64,000 nt of DNA from Laetmonice hystrix. Lineage: Eukaryota. Made by a program: the position numbers and the translations under genes. Within the stretch, counting starts at the first letter, position 1; each line of letters starts with the position of its first letter. Under the pieces are notes generated by a model. The model saw only the letters and a list, made by a program, of their open reading frames with translations, was not told the DNA's origin and ran no database searches. The DNA lies in contig OZ249439.1 in NCBI GenBank assembly GCA_965235115.1, positions 22,258,001 through 22,322,000 of the forward strand, written 5' to 3'. Positions 26,701 through 40,045 of this stretch are shown piece after piece.

Positions 26701-29700
26701 TATAGCTCCTACAGAAAGCCTTTATTGAAAACTGTATCCCTTCCGCTTCATTGTCAGACACCATTATGCAGTGTAATATCTAATAGTGATTCAAGCCGCT
26801 CTTAAAGAGAAACTGACTCGAATATTATTAATTTAAACTGTGGTCACTGAAGCGAGGCGAAGCGACTACGTTTACTCGATAAGGGGGAATAAATCATAGT
26901 GAAGGGTATTTATCATTAAAAACCCATAACAAGATAAGACTGCACAAGTTTTTCCCCCACCTTATTTTCAATCTCCGATTCCATCCGGCCTGTTTCACGC
27001 TGATTTATCAGTTGTTTCTTCATTCAGACAGGGCCCGGTGTAATCATCCATTGATGGACATTGGCTTTAATTGTTGCCGCGGTTATACTGTGTCGCGATT
27101 GGAGGGGTAAGCTTTTCAATCTACCGCCGTCACCCAAGGCTGCTGTACTCTATATAGACGGATTTAGGCTGTTGAATCCCCCCCCCCCCGCTTCTATTCT
27201 GCCACGATATGAAAGAATTGCGGTGCCTCGTACGGTCGATTCTGCCTGCTCTGTGACAATGGGAGGACGCGGTACATGTAACCAGAGGGGCCAGCCCGAC
27301 CACAGCCATCGACCTCTGGCGCCCAACTCATCAGTCATATTGCTCACTCAGTCCCAACATTTTTATTGGATCGTAGTCATACCAAAGTATTGCCAACAAG
27401 GGGAAAGGTTGCCCTTTCGACTGTACCAGTAACAGTAGATTTGGTGGCACGTTGGAAATTTCACGGTTAGATCCTCAGATATTATCAGGGGCAACCATGC
27501 AAGCAATTCCACAATGAACAAAAAATAATGATAGTTATTAGAAAATGACATAATAACGTGTTCGTAGTGTGTCTATGAGATCGAGGCAGTGTGATAAATT
27601 CACACGCTTGGCGAAAAGTTTTCTCGGCCCTCCTTGATAAACACAATTAGGGAATGTCGTCATCATAGGAGGTAGAGTGTGAAGCCCAGAGGCAGCGAAA
27701 AGAAATCAATTACGTCTAAGCAGTGGTGATGCTGATGGCGATCTGATTATGGCCCAAATAGTAGTGGTGATGCCGATAGTGTTTCCATGACGCCTAGAGT
27801 GTTGGAGGATGAAGGGGGTGTGGAGACTGGAGAGGGGCTGGGCCACCCACGTGTGTGTGTGGGTAGGGGGTGGGTGGGAGGGAGGCCTGACCGCCTGGAG
27901 TCAGCAGCATGAGGAGCAGGATGATATTCTCTGGTCCGGTACCAAGGTAACTGTTCATTATTGTACAAGGTTATCAAACCAGCACAGCCTCCCCCCATCA
28001 CACACAGACACATACTAGGATGAGCCAGCCACGCCTAGCTGTAAAAATAAGATCGTTGCCATGGAAATGGATAAAGAGTGTTTGATGTAACCGTACCGCT
28101 TTGTCAGTAAACGACAGGACTTTGCAGACTGGTATACGGTAAATAGTGGAACGACAGCGAGATACTGTCGGATATAATGTAAATATGAGGCAGATTAACC
28201 GGCTCATTCTAAAAGTACGGTAGGCGGTGGAATGAATAGGTTTATTATATTCATTTATATTCAGGGTTCAAGGAAAAGGCTAGATATCGTAATATCAGTC
28301 TTCCCGTGGTGCTTCCACGCAACACACTGTGACTCAAGTTGGGTCTGTATTTATATTATGTTGATCGGTAAAAATAATGCACATATTAGTGTGATGTGTG
28401 GGCCAGATATCTAACTGGTTCTAAAAACATGAAACAGGAAGAGAAGGTAGGGGGAAAAGATCATCTTTTCGTGAGGTCGTCTGGCTTGTTATTGGCCAGT
28501 GATATTTTTGGCACAAGGTCACAACGTGAAAGACTAATATTATTACGTGAGTATTTTTATGGACAATATCATACATGGCAGCACCTAATCCACCGGACGT
28601 GTAGTTATTTAATCGACCACCCTTATGTACACATTAGAAAGTATGCATCGGTACTAGACATTCCATATAATCTTTGCGAACCATTTCACTGTGTAATGAC
28701 CATTGACGCTGAACTAGATATCAGTTCGAGGACGAGTTGATTAGGCACGGCGAAGTTGAATGGAACTATGTAAAGTGAGTTTTGATGTTGGCGGAAAGAA
28801 TTTTGTTGAGCAGACAGCACGGTGGATTTCCAGATCGCAGAGAGCCAACCCAGTTTACCCCTTCAGCTCCCACTCCCCTTATCTCACCTGTACTTAGCAG
28901 CTTATCTTTACCCCCCGGTGGCACATCGCGCCCCACTTTGCTGCCGGAAGACGCGCGGGTAGTGCCCAGCCCCCATGCGCGGCCGCTATTTGAGAACACG
29001 ACCACTACCGCCCCCTGGAGGCTGTTGCCGGGAGAGTGGCCCAACAAGAACAAGATGGACGCTCCGCAAGGGCCTCGCTCAATGTATTTAGTTTGCGCAA
29101 GGACAAGACACGTGCAACCGACGTAGGGGTCCTTAGGGGAGGGGGGAGTTTTCTTCTCGGGCACCAGTCTGTTTTACTGGCCAGTAACTTCTCCAGGGGT
29201 TGGTAGAGTGGATGGTGTACGGGTAGAAAGGTCCCAGTGGGGGCAACAGCACGAGGAAGTGTTGCCAACTTCCGCGCACATTTTGACCTCATTTTTTTGT
29301 CGGTTCCACACTCAGGACTAGGATAGTTTCCCCGTTCAACAAAACTTGCCAACGGCAAGTGTAGCAGTTTTCTTCTCATATGTCTTCCGCAAATCTGCAT
29401 TCAAAATAAGCATCTCCTCAGATGTATGTGGTGAGCCGCCACTGGCTGGCACGGGTAACCTTTAGGTAAGCGCTTATACCAAATCAACGTCATTTATAAA
29501 AGGGCACACTGCTCACAGCCTGGGGACTTCTCACCCTTTCCTTCCGCCAAAACGAGCTGAATTTGAAAAGTCAATGTAAGATAAAGCAGAAGTAATAGTG
29601 CGATGACACCCTTTAATCGATGTGAAGCAGTCGCAGGTGGTGCTACTTTAATTTGTCAAGTTAGGACCTTATGTCATTATCAAATCAGTCCCACGTCATG

Positions 29701-29969
29701 GTGTGCAGGGTAATTTGTGTGATCCGCACACTTTGAGATATAATACGAAAGGTAAGACTAAGAAATGGAAGTGAAATTGAAGGGCATCCATGTACAGTGT
29801 TTCCAGAGATGAGAATGGATTAGCTGTATTAGTTTGTATATGATATAATGTCTGTGGAGGTGTGGTGCTCAGTACCGCCCGAGTAGAAACATCCTCCAGG
29901 GATTGCCTGCTGAGATTGAACAGACACGGTCGGTGCCTGAATTAGGTGTGGGAAACGGTATTGAATATT

Positions 29970-31200
29970 GACCATGTCTGCCGGGTGTGAGGTAAGGCAG
30001 GAGTGTATGATGGGCTTTGTGATTAGCTGGTCTGTGGGATTGACCGAGTGGTCGGGATGATCCTGGGGTTTCCATGTTATTGTGTTGTCTTGGCGCCATT
30101 CGACCATGTCTGCCGGGTGTGTGGCCAGGCAGGAGTGTATGACGGGGTTTGTGATTAGCTGGTCTGTGGGATTGACCGAGTGGTCGGGATGATCCTGGGG
30201 TTTACATGTTATTGTGTTGTCTTGGCGCCATTCGACCATGTCTGTCCGGTGCGTGGCCAGGCAGGAGTGTATGACGGGGTTTGTGATTAGCTGGTCTGTG
30301 GGATTGACCGAGTGGTCGGGATGATCCTGGGGTTTACATTGTCTTGGCGCCATTCGACCATGTCTGCCGGGTGTGTGGCCAGGCAGGAGTGTATGACGGG
30401 GTTTGTGATTAGCTGGTCTGTGGGATTGACCGAGTGGTCGGGATGATCCTGGGGTTTACATGTTATTGTGTTGTCTTGGCGCCATTCGACCATGTCTGTC
30501 CGGTGCGTGGCCAGGCAGGAGTGTATGACGGGGTTTGTGATTAGCTGGTCTGTGGGATTGACCGAGTGGTCGGGATGATCCTGGGGTTTACATGTTATTG
30601 TGTTGTCTTGGCGCCATTCGACCATGTCTGCCGGGTGTATGGCCAGGCAGGAGTGTATGACGGGGTTTGTGATTAGCTGGTCTGTGGGATTGACGGAGTA
30701 GTCGGGATGATCCTGGGGTTTACATGTTATTGTGTTGTCTTGGCGCCATTCGACCATGTCTGCCCGGTGTGTGGCCAGGCAGGAGTGTATGACGGGGTTT
30801 GTGATTAGCTGGTCTGTGGGATTGACCGAGTGGTCGGGATGATCCTGGGGTTTACATGTTATTGTGTTGTCTTGGCGCCATTCGACCATGTCTGCCCGGT
30901 GTGTGGCCAGGCAGGAGTGTATGATGGTTTGTGATTAGCTGGTCTGTGGGATTGACCGAGTGGTCGGGATGATCCTGGGGTTTACATTGTCTTGGCGCCA
31001 TTCGACCATGTCTGCCCGGTGTGTGGCCAGGCAGGAGTGTATGACGGGGTTTGTGATTAGCTGGTTTGTGGGATTGACCGAGTGGTCGGGATGATCCTGG
31101 GGTTTACATGTTATTGTGTTGTCTTGGCGCCATTCGACCATGTCTGCCCGGTGTGTGGCCAGGCAGGAGTGTATGACGGGGGTTGAGATTGGCTGGTCTG
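29970..31200. repeat. Tandem repeat, 132-bp unit, ~9 copies
   Basis: cgaccatgtc recurs at 30101 and 30233 (132 bp) and at 30355 (122-bp deletion variant). The unit includes gattagctggtctgtgggattgaccgagtggtcgggatgatcctgggg. Confidence 0.97.
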
Positions 31201-31308
31201 TAGAGGTTATGCATTGACGTCATTTAGAGGGAAAACCGCATGTGGTTATGTTTATGTGCATGAGCATTGGCGGAGACGCGTCACGGTTCATTGGCTTCTA
31301 TTGTCCAG

Positions 31309-31541
31309 GGCCTATTTATAAATGTACTTAGGTTGGCTTTCCCTCCAAAATACATCAACCTCTAAAGGAGGGTCCTTTTGGTTTTCTTTTTCCATGAGGC
31401 GTGCTCATGGTGAGCAAGCTGGCGAAAAACTCCCCAAAAAACGAAAACAGTGAGCAAAACGGTGAGCATGAGCTTCTGCTCACCCTTGCTCAGCTCAGCT
31501 GACCCTTGCTCACGGTGGAAAAGTAAACAAAAAAACCGGCC
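31309..31541. mobile_element. Degenerate Harbinger-like MITE with GGCC termini
   Basis: ccag|ggcctatttata … aaaaccggcc|ccag, so a flanking (C)CAG duplication. The interior has clustered TGAGCA/TGCTCA motifs in both orientations (31405-31515). TIRs are short and imperfect. Confidence 0.4.
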
Positions 31542-34500
31542 CCAGGACTCACAGTGGGTCACATACTCCTCCCAACATACACACAAACAACGCTCCAGGA
31601 AAGGGACTTGAGCTCCCCGCCGTGGACGGCGAGTTTCCCTGTGAGAGTGACCGACATGTAGCGGAGTAGATGGTTGGTTATCGAACTGACCAGCCAGTTC
31701 CCAATGGCCGCCAGCAAGCCGCTGAGAACATGAAGATAGCTCCTATTGTAAAGGTCCTCGTTAGGCTAATGCCAAAGGATCATGAAAAAGGGTAAGGGGT
31801 TCTACCTGCAAAGAACAAAACGAAGAGAGAATAAAGGGAACTAATTGCTGCTGCCTCTGACATTTCACTTTGTCAAGGAAAAACTCCTTGATGTACAACA
31901 CTGAGAGGAGGAGAAGAAGAAGGAAAAAACTTAGAAAGGCTGCTGTGTCACCTTCGAAGGGAACTTTTTCAGTTTTAAATTATGCAGTCTCACATGTACT
32001 TAGCTATCAATCTGTCTAGAGAAGTATTGATAATACAGTTTTATAACAGGTAAAGTGTTGAATGGAAAGGTGAAGTTGGAGCGGGGTGGATTTGAAAACA
32101 AGAGTACTGTCCATCTGCGTCGGCGACACCACTACGACTAGAAAACGCGCCCTGAAGATGGTCAACAGTTTGCGACAAGCAGGACGTAATGCCACCAACC
32201 CACCACTACCACTGCCAGACACTGGCCGGTCTCGGCTTGATGTGTGAAGTGATCTACACTCACACCTCAGGCGTGGCCCACGGGTCGGATCCCGTCACCC
32301 AGTGACCCAGATTCAGTCGGCCATGAACCAGTGACCCAGATGAACCAGACCGTGACCGTCAGTGACCTGATGAGGCCGGGGTTGCTTGGTTGCATAGAAC
32401 GAGTCTGGTGCACCTTTCATGTGTCTGCTGATACTAATGGTCTGTCCGAGGTGAAAGGTCACCTCACGGAGTGTCAGCCGCCCACCTTTGATGTCCTTAT
32501 TGATAGGTCCGTGATTACGTTTTACTCCCACCGTTCACGGCAGTCAGTGGCCGGCTCCTTTGTGATTGTGTCATTTTGTCAAATTCGCATTTATGCAAGG
32601 GTGGCCTTGTAAGCGACGCCTTCGTGGGAGAATTTGGTAAATTCTGGCTGTTGGTAGGAATGTATAACAAGATACATTTATCAATGTGTTTACCAGGCAG
32701 CAGATGAATGAAACTAAAAACCATTGTTAGCTTCAATGCAGGGCTAGGTCTGACGAGAAGAAAATTGCCTGAGTTTTTGTAGTTTTATGGCCCAAGCTTC
32801 ATGGAAATGATACTTGTCACACACAGACACACAGGCACAATTACTAGACACAGTATTGCAGTCATAATGCAGATATTGTTTTGAGAAACATTACAAGACT
32901 GAAAATTGCTGCACAGCTGACATAAACGGCCTTCTTTTATCGTTTGGTATCGGTATAAAGAAGATGTGTTTATATGTAATTCGATCCAATTTTAAGATCC
33001 ACCTTGCCAGACAGCTTCAGAATCCCAGTGAAATGATAAAATATTGTTGGCATTTTCTTTCGGATTTGCACGGCCATAGTCTCCTACAGGCAATCTTGTC
33101 CCGAAAGAAATGATCGCAAAAGTTACCATGAGTCCGACAGATTGTATAGTACCCGTGGTGATGTCAATCAACACCAGCAGTTGAATGGCAGGGTTTTAGC
33201 TACCGCACTTGTCGCCGTTTGACAGAAACGGTATAAAACTCGACTTGATCTTTTGACATGCTTTCTTTGCTTGTCTCAACATTTTATTCCCCCGTATAAA
33301 TATGAGAGTAGTAGTGCAAATATACACATCATGTCTTTTTCTAGTGCCGCAGCTGTAAAAAAAATACTGAAAATTGAATCCATCTGGTGGTAGTTTTAAC
33401 GGGGACTATATGAGACGCCCCCTGCAGACAGAATCGCGGAACTATTAATATTTAAAACTGTGTTAACGGGGCAAGGGAGAGTAACCATGTAATTGACGTC
33501 TCCAGTGTGCTTATCACAGCTGGCCAAGGGATTGCCAGACTGACTGGGGAAAGTAAACGACACTCTAGAGGCCTGGTTACATGTATGCTATCATCACGGC
33601 GCTGTTGTTATAATACTTCCGCGCCCGCTAATACTTGTCCGTCAGTGTTTGTAAGGACTGTTCGCCATTTCCAATGACCCTTCCAGTATTGACCTTTGGC
33701 GTGGCTTTTGTTGCAATATCGGCAGGCTGCTAGGATTATATGCTGCTATTGGGTGTTGCTTGATATTACAGGAGAATCGACTGTAAAATGCTGCCCGAGC
33801 CTGTGGCCAGTGATCACAAGGTTCCCGGGTTCTCCACCACTCAAACAGCCTCGCTATGACTCTGGCTGTTACTGAGGCATAACACCCTAGTATCAATCCG
33901 TTATCAATAATCTTCAATAAGTCCAGGATTTGTTAGAGGATAATGGCTTACAGTATTGATAAAGATTTGATACCGGGGTTGCCTTATTACGAATGACCCG
34001 TAATTGTAGATTCGGGACGACAGTTCAGGAAGAGGCTGATGTATTGCCTCGTGGGGCTGTATACTGTTGTCAGGTTTGGGAACAAACACTTATCTTTTTT
34101 GACTTATTTGTTTGTCCAACTTTATTTATCACACTGGTCATGACCATGGACAATAATTATCCTCGCTGTCTGTTAGCCTCACCCGGCGGCCGGAGTGTTT
34201 GTGACAGGCACCTACTGACGCCAGGCGGACCTGCTGCTGGCCGCACACATACTGACCAGTTAATGTGGGCGGGTAATGTGTCTGGCTCGGCCCACATAAC
34301 ACTGGGAATTACCTGGCCGGACCGTTGTAATCGGTGACCCAAACACTTGGACACACCACCGCCTGCCGCACGGTTGTCGTTACGTGTCCACGGTCGTCGT
34401 TATGGGGGCAGGTTATCCGGGCACGGCGTCCAAGGTATTGCCACCAGAGATAAAGCCAACGTCATCTACTCTATGAATAATACATGGTTGAGACTGATCT

Positions 34501-36284
34501 GGGTAGCCTGGACTGGCTCCCACAAATCTGCACGACAAATCTGCTCACTTTAGCCCCCATTCAGTTCAGTCGGACAACATTACATTATGGCAGGCAGCCG
34601 ACGTCAGAGCCGGAAAACTCGATAACCGCTCAACACCCCACCACAGACGACCGCCCCAGACATTCATGAATCATCCCCAAATAAAGGGTTAAAGCATTTT
34701 TCTCCGCAAATAGGCGAAAGTGCAGGATTTCAGAAGAGAGAAAGAGAGAGAGAGAGAGATCCATATGAAGTTAGTCCTAATTGATCCCCAGGTGCATTTG
34801 CCTTCGAAAGTGGAACACAAAATTGCTTTTGGATGTTTTAGTGCTGATGAATATTCAGCGGTAAGATGGAGGATTCCTGCCTTGGGGGTTAGGCGGAGAA
34901 AATCTGGCTTTTCAGACAAAAACCGGGGTGTACACTCGTGGCACTTTGGATGAATTGATCGGGCGAAATGCAATGAAAAAACGACAGCCAGTTTGCCAAA
35001 GGCAATGCAGGCAGTGGCGGTACCAGTTGGCAACTCTGGGTAACGTCGGAACTCGTCGGCCTAAGCTTGTTGGATCCGTACTACCGCTGAGTAGAAATAG
35101 CTCCGGCACAGTGTTGTAAAGTAGGCCTACTAACTAACTGTAATATTGTACGCAAGTCAGTCTTAGTCATAATGCACTACTAGTGTGTGCGAGATGCCCT
35201 TTTGTTAAGGCTAAGAGCTTTCCGTGCAGCTCAAGGATATATAGATACAGTCCTAGATGCTGCTCAAACTGGTGCATAAATTAATAATCTTATCAAACCA
35301 ATTTGTCTGCCGAAAAGAAAAGTGTTCATTTCCTATTATCTCCGAGTACTGCTTCCTGAATATTTAGGTAGGAAACAGGTGGCCTGGGCCAAACTTCAGT
35401 CCTACCGGGTCTGGCGCTCCCCTTCATGGGTTAATCAATATTTTCTTATGGGCCCAATGGACCAGGTTCCTTCTCCCGGGTGCTGATGATTGCCCCTTGA
35501 CCAGTGACTGGGGCGGGAGTGTAGGTAGAGCAGAGTCAGAACCTCCTAGTTCCTTAGTCTCAGCGCTGTCCTGTTCCATGTACGCTTGTCTGGCTATATC
35601 TGTAGTTGGACCCATTCCTGGCAGAGAGGTCGCAATCGATCGGGTATTGGGGCAGATAACGGGAAACTGGGGTCTGTGACTGGCCCCGGGTCTGCGAGGG
35701 CATCGCCGGCGGTGGTGGCTGGTGGTCAGTGGTGGTGCCAGTGGTGGCCAAGACATCTCCTGAAGATCCAATACAAACTGTGAGGCAGAGCGAACAACTC
35801 GGCCAAAGAACTCCCCAGGGTTATAGAGAGGACGGGTCGTAGGTCACGTGTAAATGGATAAGCAGTTCAGACCTCCCGGCCCGTGGGTAGGGTGGGCCAG
35901 GGGAAAGGTTAGCCATTGATATTCATTCGGTGTCTGCCAATAGAAAGCAGTGGGCACGGGGAGGTAAGACAGGCCAAGTGTCCAGTCGACCCGCGGATCT
36001 TGATTAGCGTTACTTGGTGCCATTTGTCATTCCATAGAGACGGAGGCGAGCGTGGGAGGAGGGCCTCTATAGATGGGTTGTATGTCGGTTGGAAGGCCAT
36101 TAACTGTGGAGGGATGGCCAGAGAGATCTGTAACTATTGATTGCCGGTATACCGTGCCCCGAGCATTGCACCATCTCAGTGGTTGCATCCAGAACATGCA
36201 CAATGCAGTGTTACTTGATGTAATCCTACTGTCCGTAATTGAAGGCGGGACTCGTAGGCGCGGGACCGGAGGAGGAGAGGGGGG

Positions 36285-36400
36285 AGGGGGGTAGGCGGTC
36301 AGGAAGGGGGGGGGGTAGGCGGTCAGGAAGGGGGGGGGGTAGGCGGTCAGGAAGGGGGGTAGGCGGTCAGGAAGGGGGGTAGGCGGTCAGGAAGGGGGGG
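36285..36400. repeat. G-rich minisatellite, 20-24-bp unit, 5 copies
   Basis: gtaggcggtcaggaa followed by a G-run of variable length. Confidence 0.92.
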
Positions 36401-37145
36401 TGGATTAATTCACTCTAGATGGCAGCAGCAGTTGTTTCAGACGTAATGCTGTATGCCATATGCCGCCTCTTTCTTGATTTGTCTGTGTCAGTAATAATGA
36501 AGCTGAAATCAATTGTTGATGACTGACAGAGAGACGTGTTGTGTGAGCTATTGTGGAGCTCTGGTATTGCTGGATGAAAGATGTATTTGGCTCCTATTGC
36601 GTGCGATTAAAGACTTGCTGAGGTAGCAGATTTTGACCGGTGTATTCCGTATCGTAGGATCCCCTCCGTCTGTTTAAGGTTCTGATTTTAATCAGTAATC
36701 AATATTTTCAAGATGAGATATTCCTTTTTCTCTCTCGATTTTTTCCTTGCGATTGGAAGAGCCGGTACATTTTCGAATTTCCCCTGACGATTATCCACCG
36801 GATACACATGGCCAACTTGGGTGGGCGGAACATTGGAGTAATCGCGACCCCCCCCCCCCCCCCCCCCACCACCACCACCACCACCGAGAGCCAGGTGTGG
36901 CCATGGTACGGTAGCTTGGATCATCAGACGGGCAAACGTATGGGTTTATGTTGTGACGTAAACACAGCTGATGGTCACACCATGCAACAATTACCAGACG
37001 TCAGCAGGACCTCGGCCGCTCGGCGTACGTAAGGGGACACTGCCCACGGCCAGGCTAAATGGATCCAACTCCAGCCAGCAGCTCGATTTGCGCCATCGTC
37101 AAGCAATATTTACCTAACTGCATAACTGTGTGTATCAGATATTTA

Positions 37146-37307
37146 CAGGGGCGGATCCAGGAGTTTGGTAAGGAGGGGGGAGTTTAAAGGAGAGAATTTG
37201 CTTACGGGGCGTTAGCATGGTCAATTCAGAAAGTTGGAGAAAAAGAAATAATGGCTGCCTGGGTGGGGGAAGGGGGGGGGGGGGTTAACCCCCTGGCTCC
37301 GCCACTG
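37146..37307. mobile_element. 162-bp non-autonomous TIR element (CAGGGGCGGATCCAGG-type MITE)
   Basis: Left end caggggcggatccagg; right end cctggctccgccactg (reverse complement cagtggcggagccagg, 14/16 identical). ATTTA directly on both sides (37141-37145, 37308-37312). G-run near the right end. Confidence 0.65.
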
Positions 37308-37588
37308 ATTTATTCCCGTTGTATTGCCGATTAGAATATATGGACATGGGAATTCTCAGGGTTTTTTTGCCGTTTTACTTTAGATAGAGCATTTGGTTTG
37401 CGAGTGACAACCAGCTTTGGGTCCATCACTAGTGTCAGGTAGGACGTAAGTTGATCGTCACTGGGAGGACAGATCTCCTCCCACGTACACCTAGAATCAA
37501 CATTGTGGTATACGTATAGCAGGCACACCCATGGCGGGAGTTGCCATCCTTAGCATATACTGCGGGAAACCTCAATGACGACCGACGA

Positions 37589-38062
37589 CCTTTACATAAT
37601 GACAGGGACGTAGCTGTAAGACAGACCAGGTATACTTCATGAACGGACTACCCTTACTATAATGACAGGGACGTAGCTGTAAGTAAGGGCAGGTACACTT
37701 TCTGAGCTGACTATACCCTTACTATAATGACAGGGACGTAGCTGTAAGTAAGGGCAGGTACACTTTCTGAGCTGACTATACCCTTACCATAATGACAGGG
37801 ACGTAGCTGTAAGTAAGGGCAGGTACACTTTCTGAGCTGACTATACCCTTACCATAATGACAGGGACGTAGCTGTAAGTAAGGGCAGGTACACTTCCTGA
37901 GCTGACTATACCCTTACCATAATGACAGGGATGTAACTGTAAGTAAGGACAGGTACACTTCCTGAGCTGACTATACCCTTACCATAATGACAGGGACGTA
38001 GCTGTAAGGGCAGGGACACTTCCTGAGCTGACTATACCCTTACCATGACAGGGGTGTAAGTA
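37589..38062. repeat. Minisatellite, 65-bp unit, ~7 copies
   Basis: Unit taatgacagggacgtagctgtaagtaagggcaggtacactttctgagctgactatacccttac(t/c)a; cccttac at 37651 and 37716. End copies are degenerate. Confidence 0.95.
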
Positions 38063-39480
38063 AGGTCACGTATACCTCACATAAGGACTATCCTTTGCAT
38101 AATAACAGGAGCACGGCTCTTCGTAATGCCAGGTTGACATTTTGTCACGGCCCGCCCCCGTCCTACATAGAGCCTTGCCCAGCTCTACCCCAGGACAGTG
38201 GGCCGGGTGGGTGTGTGGGTGGGGTAGGGGTGGGGGTTATTGGTATGCGTATTTACAAGAGACCTACGATTACAGGAACCCGGGGATGTGGAGTCTACAC
38301 CCTGGTCAGGTAGGCGGGCTGGGGGGGGGGGGGGGGGGGGGTCAAGCTGAGGTATATTGTCCCAGACGGTTAGGGTAAATACCACATCCGGGAGGTATAG
38401 ATCAGGTAGGACCTAACCCCCAGCCACCCACTGGAGTAGTGCTGGAGAACAGCCTCCAGCTAGCTAGGAGAGAGAGCTGGCCAGACTTCCCCTCAGTGTT
38501 CGGGCCAGTCGTCCACTTGACCCCTGTCTGGGGCCTGCCGTCAGGTCCATTGTAAACCCAGGCATTAAGGACGATGGATGATTGTTATAGAAAATGGATG
38601 CAGTTTTTTTACAGGACATCAGCTCAGGCACGGGATAGAAAGGGGTGCTTGTGAGCATTTTCTCAATTGGAACGCAAATCAGAAAAATGACTTAGTTGAT
38701 GATCAGTGGCGTATATGAAATGTGACGTATGTAGAATTTGTTGGTAATAGGGGCTTTTCTTGGCCCGCTAAAGGACCAGTTCTTCAGAATGAACGAAGGA
38801 AGGAAACGACGTTGTCAATTTGGGCGCAGCAACTGCGCAATCACTGGTGAAAGTGAAAGTCAAGACAGGATACTAGATGATATAAATCTCACACATTGTG
38901 TAGGGGCCTCAGTCCTGATGCAGGGGAGAAAGTGGATAGTTTACGTCAACAAACACTGTCTAGCAGGAAATATATGGATGCTTAACCAAAGTAGGTGTAA
39001 ATGTCAGAAGGTGGCCTGCTAATGAGGCTCATGAAATGAGGCATGGCCGTCGGGTGGTGTTGACCGAAGGCGGGTCTTGGAGGCCACCGTTGTCGGAGAA
39101 CATTGAATATTGAGGAGCTTCCTGCTGTTTTATTTTCGGCCACCACTTGGTAAGCATTCAGGTATTATGAATAATACATGTTCATTTTAAGGCACCTACG
39201 TGAAGTGAAATAGAGGCAAATCAGACATTTTATGAGTGTGTGGGCAGGGATCAGATTTGGTGCAGCCTCCGTGAAGCTATAGCAGCCGGTCGTTTCCACA
39301 TTATATGGATTATATGGCAGGGATCAGATATGGTGCAGCTGTGAGGGCGGCGCAGTCGGAGTAGTAGTTGCCGTAATATTAGAGTGATGCTCCTTACAGT
39401 CGCTGGTGAGAGGATTTTGGGGGTAATTCGAGCAACTCCCAGTGAGAAGGTCATTCAGCTTCCGCTTCCGGTATTGTACG

Positions 39481-40045
39481 CCCGGACAGTGCAATCCGTG
39501 CTGTACCTAAGGTTTGGCCGGTACTCTCGGCACGGAGAGTGCAGTCCGTGCTGTACATAAGGTTTGGCCGGTACTGTCGGCCCGGAGAGTGCAATCCGTG
39601 CTGTACATAAGGTTTAGCCGGTACTGTCGGCACGGAGAGTGCAATCCGTGCTGTACCTAAGGTTTGGCCGGTACTCTCGGCACGGAGAGTGCAGTCCGTG
39701 CTGTACATAAGGTTTGGCCGGTACTCTCGGCACGGAGAGTGCAGTCCGTGCTGTACATAAGGTTTAGCCGGTACTGTCGGCACGGAGAGTGCAGTCCGTG
39801 CTGTACATAAGGTTTGGCCGGTACTCTCGGCGCGGAGAGTGCAGTCCGTGCTGTACATAAGGTTTAGCCGGTACTGTCGGCACGGAGAGTGCAGTCCGTG
39901 CTGTACATACGGTTTGGCTGGTACTGTCGGCGCGGAGAGTGCAGTCCGTGCTGTACATAAGGTTTAGCCGGTACTGTCGGCACGGAGAGTGCAGTCCGTG
40001 CTGTACATAAGGTTTAGCCGGTACTCTAGGCGCGGAGAGTGCAGT
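39481..40045. repeat. Minisatellite, 50-bp unit, ~11 copies
   Basis: Unit cacggagagtgcagtccgtgctgtacataaggtttggccggtactgtcgg; starts at 39731, 39781 and 39831. Confidence 0.97.

Noticed and set aside
29829-31141. ORFs with a 44-aa repeat (MVEWRQDNTITCKPQDHP…)
   Set aside because: A 132-bp tandem repeat. The frame is broken by 10-bp deletion copies, which argues against coding constraint.
38440-38468. Hairpin gctggag-aacagc-ctccagc followed by CTAG, like a Helitron 3' end
   Set aside because: CTAG is not followed by the expected target T and no matching 5' TC end was identified.
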